Below the pieces are notes generated by a model. That model was not told the origin of the DNA, ran no database searches, and worked only from the letters and a program-made list of their open reading frames with translations. Positions 1-10,766 of a stretch of 64,000 nt of DNA are shown piece by piece. Source of the DNA: Candidatus Eiseniibacteriota bacterium (GTDB lineage: Bacteria; Eisenbacteria; RBG-16-71-46; SZUA-252); assembly GCA_963703225.1 (NCBI GenBank), contig OY969801.1:2464001-2528000 (forward strand). The letters are read 5' to 3'. Position 1 is the stretch's first letter. Each line of letters begins with the position of its first letter. Made by a program: the position numbers and the translations under genes.

Positions 1-876
1 CACGCCGGTCTCGCTCAGCGGCGGTCCAAACGTGGCCTGCCCCACTTCATAGTCGCCCGCCGCGGGGGCCGGGCTGGTCACGCGCAGGAGCGGCTTCGGA
101 CCCAGGAAAACGGTCGCGCGCGAGGTGACCAGCGGACCATCCCAGACGAGGTTCGTGCAGGTGAGCGCCGAAGCGGCGCGCTGCGCGGCGGTCATCTGAT
201 TCCAATGGAGCCCATTCTGCGGATTGAACAGAAAGCGATCATAGACATGCGGAAAGCTCATGAGGAGCGCTCCGGTTTGCCCGTTGGTCGTAGTGCTGAA
301 ACCCAAGCCATGCCCCAGCTCGTGGATCACGACGGGCAGGAGCTCGATCTGGCTTCCCTCGTTCCCGTCGATGCCGTAATACCAGCCGACGGGGAGGCAG
401 GCTGCCCCACCCACGCTCGAGTTGAACGTCGCCTGGATGTCGTTGTTCGCGGAGAGATCAATTCCGGATAGCTTGTTGGCGAGCGCCTCGTGGTACCAGG
501 TGCTCGCGAAGATCGCTCCCGGGAAATCGCGATCCGCGGATATCGGACCCGCGCTTCCGAGGACGCCGCTCGTCGCCGTGCACGTCAGCGGGTCAAACCG
601 GGCGGTCACCCTGATCTCGATCGGGCTTTGGAGCAGCTGACCCCAGATCTTGGCAGCGGTCTGAAATACGAAGAGCCGCTGCGCGCCGACGGTGGTTCCA
701 GGGTTCCCTCCAACGGGGGCGGCCGGCGTGGGATCGTTGAAACCCTCCCCCGCGGCATCGCTGTTGACGATGGTGATGGTGGTGGCGGCGGCGGCGCCAC
801 GGGGCATGGAAGACGTCGCAAGGAGCACCAGGAGGCTGAGCCAGGCGAACGGGAAGTGGAGACGGGCGCGGGCCAC
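1..876 (-). CDS. Secreted zinc metallopeptidase (PA-domain-associated type), runs off the window start
   Basis: Own translation, absent from the ORF track: VARARLHFPFAWLSLLVLLATSS..TTITIVNSDAAGEGFNDPTPAAPVGGNPGTT...VVIHELGHGLGF (HExxH). GTG start with a GAGAGG RBS. Confidence 0.8.
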   Translation of the reverse strand, partial: MARARLHFPFAWLSLLVLLATSSMPRGAAAATTITIVNSDAAGEGFNDPTPAAPVGGNPGTTVGAQRLFVFQTAAKIWGQLLQSPIEIRVTARFDPLTCTATSGVLGSAGPISADRDFPGAIFASTWYHEALANKLSGIDLSANNDIQATFNSSVGGAACLPVGWYYGIDGNEGSQIELLPVVIHELGHGLGFSTTTNGQTGALLMSFPHVYDRFLFNPQNGLHWNQMTAAQRAASALTCTNLVWDGPLVTSRATVFLGPKPLLRVTSPAPAAGDYEVGQATFGPPLSETGV

Positions 877-881
877 GGCGG

Positions 882-1409
882 CTACCTCTCTTCCAGCGTC
901 GGCGCGCTGGGGGGCTTGCTCTTGGTGGCCCGCCCATATCCCGACGAGTCATCGACGCACTGGAAGGTCTTCCTGCCGTCGGGGCCGATCTGTACGGTCG
1001 CATATTCCTGGAATCGGCCCTCAAGATTTACATGGACCGTTCCGTCGGCACGGCGCTCTTCGACGAGGCCCGCCGCGGAACGCGAGAGGAGGGTTCGTTC
1101 GCTCGCCGACATCTGCTCCAGCTCCGCGCGCTGTTCCGGGGTTGGCATGCCGAGCCGGCCCGTTTCCGGGTCGATTCCAACCACCATTCCGGCCCGACCG
1201 GGAGCCTCAAACGCGGAGGTCCGCGGGTGGCCCTGCCCCGGCTCGCGACCCTGCGACGCGTCCGCCGCGGTGGTGCCCGACAGAGCCGGGGCCGATGTCG
1301 AGCTCGCGGATTGGCGGTTCGACGTCGGATGTGACGACATGAGCAGTGCGGCCATCACGGAGGCCGCGATGGCGCCCAAGATACGAAGGATGGGTTGGTG
1401 GCCTTTCAT
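882..1409 (-). CDS. Small secreted protein (resembles post-PEP-CTERM-1 domain proteins)
   Basis: Signal-like N-terminus. Motif AGMVVGIDPETGRLGMPT..SRSAAGLVEE..DGTVHVNLEGRFQ. ATG at 1409 with GGAG RBS. Stop lies 5 nt from the peptidase start. Confidence 0.65.
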   Translation of the reverse strand: MKGHQPILRILGAIAASVMAALLMSSHPTSNRQSASSTSAPALSGTTAADASQGREPGQGHPRTSAFEAPGRAGMVVGIDPETGRLGMPTPEQRAELEQMSASERTLLSRSAAGLVEERRADGTVHVNLEGRFQEYATVQIGPDGRKTFQCVDDSSGYGRATKSKPPSAPTLEER

Positions 1410-1532
1410 GTCGGCAGTCTCCCCGCGTTGGTGGAGTACGTGGTCAAGCACGCCGCTGAAACGAGGGCCGGGAGTGGCCCCGATTCTAGCCCAAGTACTC
1501 CGGGCGGGAAACAAATAGTCCCCTGCCCGCGT

Positions 1533-1925
1533 CTACTCAACCATCGACCCCCCAAAGGCCACGCGTCCCGCACCGGGGGGCTCATATATGATGTGTACGT
1601 CCTCGGTCTGACGGTGACATGCGTCACCGATCGCCGCGGCCAGCCCACGTGCTTCCCGCTTCATGGCGTCTTTGCTCGGCCATGCGCGCTGGACCACCTT
1701 GACGAAGATGGGTTGCGCGGACAGGGCGTCCTGAGCCACCGAGACGCCCGGTGCTGGAACGCTATTTTCCGCGTAATCCGTCGAGGGCGTGAACCGAAGC
1801 CGCACCCAGACCGACTGCGGCTCCGCTTTCAGGACGGCCGCGACGCTTTCGGCAATCCGAGCGGCCAACCCGCGCCGTGTCTCTGAAGCCACCTCGCCGA
1901 TCAGCTCCACTTCAAGTACTGGCAA
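1533..1925 (-). CDS. Tautomerase superfamily protein (double beta-alpha-beta)
   Basis: Starts M-P (catalytic Pro1), about 130 aa, ends RVAFGG. GAGGAGG RBS before the TTG start. Confidence 0.7.
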   Translation of the reverse strand: MPVLEVELIGEVASETRRGLAARIAESVAAVLKAEPQSVWVRLRFTPSTDYAENSVPAPGVSVAQDALSAQPIFVKVVQRAWPSKDAMKREARGLAAAIGDACHRQTEDVHIIYEPPGAGRVAFGGSMVE

Positions 1926-1952
1926 CGGTACCTCCTCGCCTCATTCTCGATC

Positions 1953-3125
1953 CTACCGCGGTTCGGCCACCGGCACCGCCAGATGTCGCCGCGTGCCGGG
2001 CAGCAAGACCGCGCAGACCAATCCCAGAACCAGGAGGCAGGCGAGGGTGGAGAGCGCGGCGTGAATCCCGGCGCGGTCCGCGAGCGCGCCGATGGGGCCG
2101 ACGAGCAGTGCGCCCATTCCCCACGCGGCGCCCATCAGAAGGCTCGAGATCGTCGAGGAATGTCGCGGCGAGAGCTCCTGGCCCAGCACGACGTTCATGG
2201 CGAGCGAGGATTGGAGGGAGAACGATCCCAGAATCAGGCATGGAAGACCCACCCTGTCGGGAAGAAGCAGAAACGCGGCGTAGAGTGGAGCCGCCACCAC
2301 GAACGATGAAACGAGCACACGGTGCCCCCCGATACGGTCGGAGAGCCAACCGCCGCAGAACCCGCCGAGAGCCCCGAGCAGCAAGTAGAGCGAGAGCACG
2401 AAGCCGCTCTGGGAGAGCGAGTATCCGCGGGCGGTCAAATAGAGCGGTAGAAAGGTCATGAAACCGTAAGACACCGACGAGCGGGAAACCGTGGCGAAGT
2501 AAAGGAGCGAGAGCGGGCGCAGTACCGGCCGAAGCTCCCGAAGGGGCACCCCCTTCGCCTCATGGCTCGGCCGCGGCGGCACCCGGGCGAACCACGCGAG
2601 CAAGAGCGCCGACGCCACAAGCCCCGGAATGGCCGCCACCCATGTGCGCTCCAGCCCAAACGCGGACACCACGCCCACCGCGAACATCGGCCCCACCGAG
2701 AACCCGATCGTCCCCCCGGTGATGAAGAACGCCATCGAGACGTTTCGCCGCGCGGAAACCTGGGACGCCAGCACCGCCGCCTGCGGGTGGAACGCCGCCA
2801 CGCCCAAGCCGGCGAGCATCAGGAGCGCCACGAGCGCCGCGTAGGTCGGCGCCAGCCCCAGCGAGCTCATGAAGACCGCGGCCGTCAGCGGCCCGAAGGC
2901 CACAAACCAGGGACGGCGCATGCGGTCGGACATCAGACCGAACAATGGCTGCGAGAAGGACGAGGTCACCGAGGAGAGCGCCACCAACGCGCCCACCAGG
3001 GTGAGGCTCATGTTGAGCTTGTGCACCAGGAGCGGCAGCAGGGGCGAGAAGAAGCTGGAGTACGAGTCGATCGTCAGGTGACCGAAGGTCAGGAGGCCGA
3101 GACGGGGGGTGATCGGGCGGGGCAT
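1953..3125 (-). CDS. MFS transporter (Fsr / fosmidomycin-resistance-like)
   Basis: About 12 hydrophobic segments; GHLTID, QPLFGLMSDR, AAFHP, GWLSDRIG motifs. Confidence 0.85.
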   Translation of the reverse strand: MPRPITPRLGLLTFGHLTIDSYSSFFSPLLPLLVHKLNMSLTLVGALVALSSVTSSFSQPLFGLMSDRMRRPWFVAFGPLTAAVFMSSLGLAPTYAALVALLMLAGLGVAAFHPQAAVLASQVSARRNVSMAFFITGGTIGFSVGPMFAVGVVSAFGLERTWVAAIPGLVASALLLAWFARVPPRPSHEAKGVPLRELRPVLRPLSLLYFATVSRSSVSYGFMTFLPLYLTARGYSLSQSGFVLSLYLLLGALGGFCGGWLSDRIGGHRVLVSSFVVAAPLYAAFLLLPDRVGLPCLILGSFSLQSSLAMNVVLGQELSPRHSSTISSLLMGAAWGMGALLVGPIGALADRAGIHAALSTLACLLVLGLVCAVLLPGTRRHLAVPVAEPR

Positions 3126-3167
3126 GTGGCCGAGAGAATAGCACCACGCCTTGCGGTCCAGGCGGCG

Positions 3168-3329
3168 CTAGATCCCGAAGAGCTGCCGCGAATATCTGGC
3201 CAGGAGATAGACGAGCAAGGTGAGCAGGGCCGCCAACCGCTCGGTCACCCGCCGGTATTCGGCGAGATACTCCCGCTGCGTGTCCCTGATTTCTCGGAGT
3301 AGGTCCCGGATTTCATCGGTGGATTCCAT
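3168..3329 (-). CDS. Small hypothetical protein, 53 aa (coiled N-terminus plus hydrophobic C-terminus)
   Basis: Own translation: MESTDEIRDLLREIRDTQREYLAEYRRVTERLAALLTLLVYLLARYSRQLFGI. GAGGAG RBS. Confidence 0.55.
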   Translation of the reverse strand: MESTDEIRDLLREIRDTQREYLAEYRRVTERLAALLTLLVYLLARYSRQLFGI

Positions 3330-3423
3330 GCGAAGCTCCTCTGACAATTGGCCTTCTCCGCAATGGGCTGCTCCCGGCCGCCACCGACCTATCGGCTATT
3401 TCTGGGGTACACTTCACTTACCA

Positions 3424-4854
3424 ATGAGGCCCGCGACGACCACCCCGATCAGGGTTCACTGCCGGCACGTTCTCCCGCTCCTCCTCTGGTCCGTCGCCGT
3501 GCTCGGCTTCGAATCGATGGCCGGAGGAACCGCCCGCGCCGCCGAAAACGCGCGGCCAGTCCCCATCCAGGTCCGCTACGACGGCACCGGCTGGCTCGAG
3601 GCGCACTTCAAGCGCCCGCACGAGGCGCGCCCGTTCCATTCCAAGGCCATCTATTCGGCCGACGGCCGGGGCCGGTTGCGATTGGACTGGACGACGTGGG
3701 CCGACGGAGATTCGGCCCCCACCCCGGAAACCTTCCTGGTGCGGGGCGACAGCGTCTTCCACCGCGATGCTCCCGGGGCGACCTGGCAGCTCTTGGCAGG
3801 CCAGAGGCGTCAATTGGCCCGCCTTCAAGCGGCGGCCGGTACGGCCCAGGAGCTCGGGCGTTTGGTGCGGGATCAAACGACGACGGGGCGCGGCGAGTTC
3901 ATGTTCGACGGGCAGCAGTTCGTCTATCTCGAGAAACACGCGCACCGGCGGCTGGGTGACGTGATCGACTCCGTGGCCTACACCTACGAAGGATCTGAGG
4001 AAGGGTCTGACACGTTGCCCGCGGAGATTCTCGTTGTCATCCATGAAGACGGCTCCCAGTGGCGGCTGGTGCAGCACCCCTTCGGATTGCCCGACAGCAC
4101 GGTTCCCGATTCGCTCTTCAGGGCTCCCGTCGTGTTCGATCCTCCTCCGGCGCATGGCGACTCGCTCGTCGGAGAGGTCAAGATCGACTCCCTCGCCCCC
4201 GGCCTCTGGGCCGCGGAGATGGAGGACATCGACTCGCGGTCGATGTTCGTCGAGTTCGCGGATCACCTCGCCGTCATCGAGATCGCGGCCAGCAGCGCGA
4301 ACGGGGAGCGGGTCGTCGATGCGGCACGCCGCAAGTGGCCAAAGAAGCCGATCCGCTATGCCTTCTTCAGCCACCACCATCCCCATTACTTGGGCGGGCT
4401 TCGGGCCATGATCGCCGAGGGTGCCACCGTGGTCACCACGCCCGGAAATCAGGCGTACGTGAACGAAATCGCGGCATATCCGTTCACCCTCGAACCGGAC
4501 CGCCTGGCGCGCGCGCCCAAGCGGGTCAAGGTCCGGACGTTTCGGCAACGGTTCGAGCTCGCCGATTCCACGAATGAGCTCGTCGCGCTCAACTACGGCG
4601 ATCGTTCGCAGCACACCGAGGAATTCGTCGTCTTCTGGTTTCCCCGGGCCAAACTCCTCTTCGAGGCTGAACTGGGCTGGGTCCGCGTCGACGGAAAGCT
4701 CCGCGCCAGCCGGCGCGCCGTCCCGCTGCTGGCGTGGATCGCCGAGCAGAAGCTCGACGTCGAGCGGCTTGTCCAATCGTGGCCGATGCGGGACGACGAC
4801 GCCGAGGTGTCGCGGGCCAAGCTCGAGGAGCTGGCGCGCGCTGCCAAGCGCTGA
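3424..4854 (+). CDS. Secreted protein with a C-terminal MBL-fold hydrolase domain (atypical metal motif)
   Basis: Signal peptide; KPIRYAFFSHHHPHYLGGLR and later H/E motifs typical of the metallo-beta-lactamase fold. Start uncertain. Confidence 0.75.
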   Translation: MRPATTTPIRVHCRHVLPLLLWSVAVLGFESMAGGTARAAENARPVPIQVRYDGTGWLEAHFKRPHEARPFHSKAIYSADGRGRLRLDWTTWADGDSAPTPETFLVRGDSVFHRDAPGATWQLLAGQRRQLARLQAAAGTAQELGRLVRDQTTTGRGEFMFDGQQFVYLEKHAHRRLGDVIDSVAYTYEGSEEGSDTLPAEILVVIHEDGSQWRLVQHPFGLPDSTVPDSLFRAPVVFDPPPAHGDSLVGEVKIDSLAPGLWAAEMEDIDSRSMFVEFADHLAVIEIAASSANGERVVDAARRKWPKKPIRYAFFSHHHPHYLGGLRAMIAEGATVVTTPGNQAYVNEIAAYPFTLEPDRLARAPKRVKVRTFRQRFELADSTNELVALNYGDRSQHTEEFVVFWFPRAKLLFEAELGWVRVDGKLRASRRAVPLLAWIAEQKLDVERLVQSWPMRDDDAEVSRAKLEELARAAKR

Positions 4855-4915
4855 AGCGGCTACAGCCCTGCTCGCCGGGCTGCTATGATTCCCCCCGGTC
4901 GACCAGCCCCATCCC

Positions 4916-7459
4916 ATGGACATCAGAACGGAGTCCCAAAGCTTGACCACCACCGTTACCCCCGGCGCCAAGCTCGGCCCCTATGAAATCCTAGATCTCA
5001 TCGGCAAGGGCGGCATGGGCGAGGTCTTCCGCGCCAAGGACGAGCGCCTCGATCGCAGCGTGGCGATCAAGGTGCTCCCCAAGTCCTTGGCCGACGACAA
5101 GGACCGGCTCCGCCGGTTCGAGCAGGAAGCCCGCGCCGCGGGCCAGCTGAACCACCCCAACATCCTCGCGATCTACGACGTCGGCGCGACCGACGGCCTC
5201 CCCTACATCGTGACGGAGCTGCTCGAAGGCCAGGACGTTCGACAGGTTCTGGGTAAGGGCCCCATCCCGCCCCGCAAAGCCGTCGACTACATCGTCCAGG
5301 CCGCGAACGGCCTCTCCGCCGCGCACTCCAAGGGGATCGTGCATCGCGATCTCAAGCCCGAAAACCTTTTCGTCAGCCCAAGCGGCCACGTCAAGGTCCT
5401 CGACTTCGGCCTCGCCAAGCTGATTCGCCGCCCGGACGGGCCCAAGGGCGATGGCCGGGACGAGACCGGCGCGCAGCCGAGCATGACCCTAACCGGCCAG
5501 ATCCTCGGCACCGCGAGCTACATGTCCCCCGAGCAGATTCGAGAGCAGGCGACCGATCACCGAACCGACATTTTTTCGCTCGGCTGCATCCTCTACGAGA
5601 TGCTCGTCGGGAAGCGCGCCTTCGAGGGCGCCACACCGGTCGACCGCATGACCGCGATTCTCAAATCGGAATCGCCCGAGGCGCCGCCCGCGATCGAGGA
5701 CGCCCTCCCCGGAATCAATAAGGTCATCCATCGCTGCCTGGAGAAGGACGCCCAGGACCGCTTCGAGTCGGCGCGCGAGCTGGCATTCGCGCTCAGCTTG
5801 GTCACGGAGCGGACAGGGCGCGCTGCAAGCGCCGACGCCCCTGCCGCAGGCCCTGCGTCCACCAAACCCTCCGGATTCGCCGCGAAACTCCGTCGCATTA
5901 CCTATCGGGAGGGCTACATTCGATCGGCTCGCTTCGCTCCGGACGGCCAGGCGGTTTGCTATGCCGCCGCGTGGGAGGGGAAGCCGATGGAGATTTTCTG
6001 GGCGCTCCCGGGAAATCCCGAGTCGCGTCCCCTTGGATTCACAGATGCCGAGATCCTCTCGATCGCTCCGTCCGGCGAAATGGGCGTCAAACTCCACGCC
6101 CGAGCACTCGGCGGCTTCCTCTCCTTGGGAATGCTGTCACGCATGCCCCTCGGCGGCGGCGCGCCGCGCCCAATCCAGGACGGTGTCTTGGAAGCTTGCT
6201 GGAGCCCCGACGGCAAGCAGTTCGCGATCATTCGCGAAGTCGCCGGCACGATGCGAATCGAGTATCCAATCGCTAAGGTGCTCTACGAGACGAATGGATG
6301 GCCGAGCGACATCCGGATTTCGCCCGATGGGAAGTTGATTGCATTTCTCGACCACCCCACGCGCGGGAACGACGCCGGATCGGCCGCGGTCCTGGACCTC
6401 CAGGGCAACGTGCGCATCCTGTCGGCCGGCTGGTCGAGCACGCAGGGCGTCGCATGGTCGCCAAACGGGAGAGAGGTTCTGTTCACCGCGTTTCGGACGG
6501 AGGCGGCGCGCTGCCTCTTCGCGGTGACGCTCGAGGGCGACCTACGCCCCGTCTTCCAAACGCCGGGGCACCTGATCGTCCAGGACGTCTCGAAGGGTGG
6601 CGACATCCTCCTCGTCCACGGGCACGAGCGCCTCCGCATGCAATACGTCGGACCCGGTGATACGAAGCCGCGCGATTTGAGCTGGCTCGACTGGACACTG
6701 GTGCGGGATATCACACCTGACGGCAAGACTCTCATCTTTGACGAGACGGGAGTGGGAGGGGGCGAAAACCACAGCGTTTACATGCGCGATGTCGACGGGT
6801 CCCCCGCGGTTCGCCTCGGTGATGGCATGGTCCCGCGGCTCTCTCCAGACGGCCAGTGGGTCCTCGCGACCCTCGATGATCCGAGCCACCCCACCTTCCT
6901 CCTACCGATCGGTGCCGGAGAGACCCGATCGCTTCCGACCAAGGGGTTATCCTGCCACTACGGTGCCTGGTTCCCTGACGGGAAGCGAATCTGCGTCACC
7001 GCGAGCGAAGGCAAGGGTGGATTGCGGCTCTACGTGATCGATGTGGAATCCGGTGCCCACCGCGCCATCAGTGAGGAGGGCATCCGTCCCGCGGACGTCC
7101 TGGTGACCCAGGACGGTCGGCATGTGGCGGCCTGGGGTCCGAGCGGAAAGTTTACCTTCTATCCGGTTGATGGCGGGACACCGCGACCCGTCGACGGCAT
7201 CGGCGGGAAGGATCGCGCCATCGCATTGAGCGGGGACGGAACGGCCATCTACTCGTTCACGCGTGGGGTATTGCCCGCCCCCGTGTTCCGTGTGGACATC
7301 GAATCCGGCGCGCGCGAACAAGTGCGCGAGATCTCTCCCTCCGACCCTACCGGCGTGGGCGGAATCACGATTGCGCGCATGACCCCCGACGCCTCGGCAA
7401 TCGCCTACAGCTTCCCCCAGGGGTTGGGCGATCTCTATGTGATCGAGGGGCTGTTATAG
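4916..7459 (+). CDS. Ser/Thr protein kinase with C-terminal PD40/TolB-like beta-propeller repeats
   Basis: GKGGMGEV, VAIK, HRDLKPEN, DFG, GTASYMSPE; repeated WSPDGK/SPDG motifs. Confidence 0.93.
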   Translation: MDIRTESQSLTTTVTPGAKLGPYEILDLIGKGGMGEVFRAKDERLDRSVAIKVLPKSLADDKDRLRRFEQEARAAGQLNHPNILAIYDVGATDGLPYIVTELLEGQDVRQVLGKGPIPPRKAVDYIVQAANGLSAAHSKGIVHRDLKPENLFVSPSGHVKVLDFGLAKLIRRPDGPKGDGRDETGAQPSMTLTGQILGTASYMSPEQIREQATDHRTDIFSLGCILYEMLVGKRAFEGATPVDRMTAILKSESPEAPPAIEDALPGINKVIHRCLEKDAQDRFESARELAFALSLVTERTGRAASADAPAAGPASTKPSGFAAKLRRITYREGYIRSARFAPDGQAVCYAAAWEGKPMEIFWALPGNPESRPLGFTDAEILSIAPSGEMGVKLHARALGGFLSLGMLSRMPLGGGAPRPIQDGVLEACWSPDGKQFAIIREVAGTMRIEYPIAKVLYETNGWPSDIRISPDGKLIAFLDHPTRGNDAGSAAVLDLQGNVRILSAGWSSTQGVAWSPNGREVLFTAFRTEAARCLFAVTLEGDLRPVFQTPGHLIVQDVSKGGDILLVHGHERLRMQYVGPGDTKPRDLSWLDWTLVRDITPDGKTLIFDETGVGGGENHSVYMRDVDGSPAVRLGDGMVPRLSPDGQWVLATLDDPSHPTFLLPIGAGETRSLPTKGLSCHYGAWFPDGKRICVTASEGKGGLRLYVIDVESGAHRAISEEGIRPADVLVTQDGRHVAAWGPSGKFTFYPVDGGTPRPVDGIGGKDRAIALSGDGTAIYSFTRGVLPAPVFRVDIESGAREQVREISPSDPTGVGGITIARMTPDASAIAYSFPQGLGDLYVIEGLL

Positions 7460-7482
7460 GGGGTAGCGACCAGCGGCCGCCG

Positions 7483-8274
7483 TCACAATCGTACCCCCGG
7501 CCCCAGGACGGCGATGAATGCGATTGCCACCGAGAGCCCGGCCACGGCCCACCCGAGGCTGAAACGTAATGGGCGCGCCACGCTCGTGGCAGTCTCGGTC
7601 CTCCGCTCCACAATCCTCGGGACGAATGCAAGCCCAGCCATCGCGCCGAAGCCGCTGCTCACGCCGGAGAGCAAAATCAGGCTCGGGCCTACGGGATTGA
7701 GCGCAGCGCCGGCAACGAAGAGCAATCCGCCCGCGATGTACGCCGGGAAGACCAGGCGGCCAATCTCCCGCCGATCGACAAGACCGTTTCGGATTGAGGA
7801 AATCGCACTCGCCGCGATGAGACAGACGGCTCCAACGTACAGTGAGGCGCCCCCCACCACGAGGAAGGCTCGCCAAACCCAGTGCGGCTCAAGCCCCGAG
7901 ATGACGACCGCCCAGTCACCGAAATCGAGCACGCCGGAAAACAAGAGATATCCGGTGCCATTCAGCAAATTGGTCGCCGCGAAAAGCCATAGAAAGTAGC
8001 GCGTGGCACCCAACGTCTTCCCGGTGGGGAAAAACAGCAGTGCGAGCATGCCGACGACCACATTCGCGATGCTGCCGGCCGCGGCGACCGTGCGGCTGCT
8101 GGAACTGGTCTGAAGTGCTACCGTGGAAAGGGACAGCGCTCGAACTCCGGTCAGGGCACACGCGACGCCGTGACCGAGGACCTCGTGCACCATGTCGCAC
8201 GCCGCGTAGGCCACGACCGCGATTGCGATGACCGTCCAGAGATTGGTGCGAGGGGCTCCGCGGTCGCTGGTCAC
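7483..8274 (-). CDS. Multi-pass membrane protein with HExxGH motif (M50 peptidase-like)
   Basis: About 7 TM segments; VHEVLGHG, AAGSIAN, GDW motifs. Confidence 0.55.
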   Translation of the reverse strand: MTSDRGAPRTNLWTVIAIAVVAYAACDMVHEVLGHGVACALTGVRALSLSTVALQTSSSSRTVAAAGSIANVVVGMLALLFFPTGKTLGATRYFLWLFAATNLLNGTGYLLFSGVLDFGDWAVVISGLEPHWVWRAFLVVGGASLYVGAVCLIAASAISSIRNGLVDRREIGRLVFPAYIAGGLLFVAGAALNPVGPSLILLSGVSSGFGAMAGLAFVPRIVERRTETATSVARPLRFSLGWAVAGLSVAIAFIAVLGPGVRL

Positions 8275-8284
8275 CGCCGCAGCG

Positions 8285-8722
8285 CTACTTCAGCTCCACG
8301 ACAAGAATGCGGGAATTCCCCTTGCCGATATTCACGTCGGTATGAGTCTCACCGTCGCTCCAGTAGACATCTCCGACCTTCATGTCGGTCACTTCGGGCT
8401 TCCCCCCTAAGGTCGTCGCGCGGTCGCGCGCGGGTGAGAGCACAATGGTCAGATGCGCTGGGTGGGAATGAGTTCCCACGCCGCAGACATTTCCGTGCGG
8501 CTTGCTCGTGTACTCGAGGACGCGGACTCGGGCATTGTCCAGGACGACACGCTCTGTTTCGAGGGAGGATCCCTTCCCTGACGGGTCGGCCGCGACGACC
8601 GCACCCGCTCGGGGAACGGTCATCGACCACGGAAACGCGCAGAAGAATGCGGAGAGAATCAAGCTAACGACAACGAGAAGCGCGACCACGACACCGAGCG
8701 CGCCGAGCCGTCCTACCCTCAC
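8285..8722 (-). CDS. Exported cupin-domain protein
   Basis: [21 protein letters not shown] cupin motifs. N-terminal hydrophobic segment. GTG overlaps the acs stop. Confidence 0.75.
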   Translation of the reverse strand: MRVGRLGALGVVVALLVVVSLILSAFFCAFPWSMTVPRAGAVVAADPSGKGSSLETERVVLDNARVRVLEYTSKPHGNVCGVGTHSHPAHLTIVLSPARDRATTLGGKPEVTDMKVGDVYWSDGETHTDVNIGKGNSRILVVELK

Positions 8723-10702
8723 CCCTCTTGCTCCTCGTACTTCGTCTTCAACCGCGCGATGACGTTCGGATCGGCCAGCGTCGTGGTGTCGCCAACAGCC
8801 TTCCCTTCCGCGATGTCGCGCAGCAGCCGCCGCATGATCTTCCCGCTCCGGGTCTTGGGCAGATCCGCCGTGAACAGGATTTCATCCGGTCGAGCGATCT
8901 TTCCGATCTTGGTGACCACGTGCTCCTTCAGCTCGTCCATCAACGCGGCGCCGTGGCCGTCCGCGCTGCCCCCGGCACCCGCGGCGCTGGCCATGCCCAT
9001 CCTTGATCGTCACGAACGCGACGATCGCGGTCCCCTTCAGCTCGTGGGCCCGCCCGACGACGGCCGCCTCCGCCACGGCGGGGTGATCGACCAGCGCGCT
9101 CTCGACCTCCATCGTCGAGATCCGGTGCCCCGCGACGTTCATCACGTCGTCGACCCGCCCCAGTAGCCAGAAATACCCGTCCTTGTCCCGCTTCGCGCCG
9201 TCCCCGGTGAAGTAGACGCCGGGGAATCGCGACCAGTACTGCTCCTTGTACCGCCCCGGATCGCCGTAGATCCCGCGCAGCATGGCGGGCCAGGGCTTCT
9301 TCAACACGAGGTACCCGCCGCCAACCGGCACCGTCGCGCCCTTCTCATCGACCACGTCGGCCACGACGCCCGGCAACGGCCTCGTGGCGCTCCCGGGCCG
9401 TGTCGTGACCACTCCGGGTAACGGCGAGATCAGAATCATCCCCGTCTCGGTCTGCCACCAGGTGTCGACCACCGGGCAAATCCCACCCCCGATGTTCTGC
9501 TGGTACCAGATCCAGGCCTCGGGATTGATCGGCTCCCCCACCGACCCCAGCAGCCGCAGCGAGGTCAACCGACGCTTCTTGGGCCACTCCACGCCCCACT
9601 TCATGAATGCCCGGATCGCCGTTGGCGCGGTGTAGAAGATCGTCACGCCCAACTCCTCGATGATCTGCCAGAAGCGATCCTTCTCGGGCCAATCGGGCGA
9701 GCCCTCGTAGATCACGACCGTCGCGCCGTTCGCCAGGGGTCCGTAGACGATGTACGAATGTCCGGTGACCCAGCCGCAGTCGGCGGTGCACCAGAAGACA
9801 TCGTCCTCCTTGAGGTCGAAGACCCATTTGGACGTCGCATAGACGCCGGTCAGGTAGCCGCCGGTCGTGTGGACGATACCCTTCGGCTTCCCGGTCGTGC
9901 CGCTCGTGTACAACGTGAACAGCACGTCCTCGGAATCGATCGGCTCGGCCCAGCATTGGTCGGAGATGCCGTCGACCAGCCGGTGCCACCAGTGGTCGCG
10001 CCCCTCCTGCATGTGGACCTGGAACTCGCCGCGCTTGAAGACGACGACGTGCTGGATCGATGGGGCGCCCTTCACAGCCTCATCGGCGTCGCGCTTCAAC
10101 GGCACGATCTGCCCCCGCCGGTAGCCGCCGTCCGCGGTGATCAATACCTTCGCCTGCGCGTCGTTGATCCGGTCGCGCAGCGCCTCGGCCGAGAACCCGC
10201 CGAAAACCACCGAATGGATCGCGCCGATCCGCGCGCACGCGAGCATCGCGATCGGAAGCTCGGGGACCATCGGCATGTAGATCGCGACGCGGTCTCCCTT
10301 CATGACCCCGAGCTTCTTCAGCCCATTCGCAAACCGGCAGACTTCTCGGGAGAGATCCCAGTAGGTCAGCGTTCGGCGGTCGCCGGGCTCCCCCACCCAG
10401 ACCAACGCTGCTTTATTCTTTCGCGGCCCGCGCAGGTGGCGGTCGAGGCAGTTGTAGGAGACGTTGAGCTTGCCGCCGACGAACCACTTCGCGTCGGGCG
10501 GCCGCCAGTCGAGCACTCGGTCCCACTTGGTGAACCAGTCCAGCTCGGAGGCGACGCCGGCCCAGAATCCCTCGGCATCGCGCTCCGCCTGAGCGTAGAT
10601 CGACTCATCCTGGATGTTGGCCTGTGACGTGAAGGCGGGCGTCGGCGGGTAGGTGCGGGCCTCGTCGAGCAGCGCGGCGATGGCGCCGGTCTTGTCGGGC
10701 AT
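8719..10702 (-). CDS. acs: Acetyl-CoA synthetase (one frameshift near 8997)
   Basis: [29 protein letters not shown]-terminal [15 protein letters not shown] in the shifted frame. Confidence 0.95.
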
Positions 10703-10766
10703 GTGGGGATTCCTCTCGAGAGGTCGATCCACGGGGCTCGGAGCCCCAAATGTCGGGCGCAGTATA

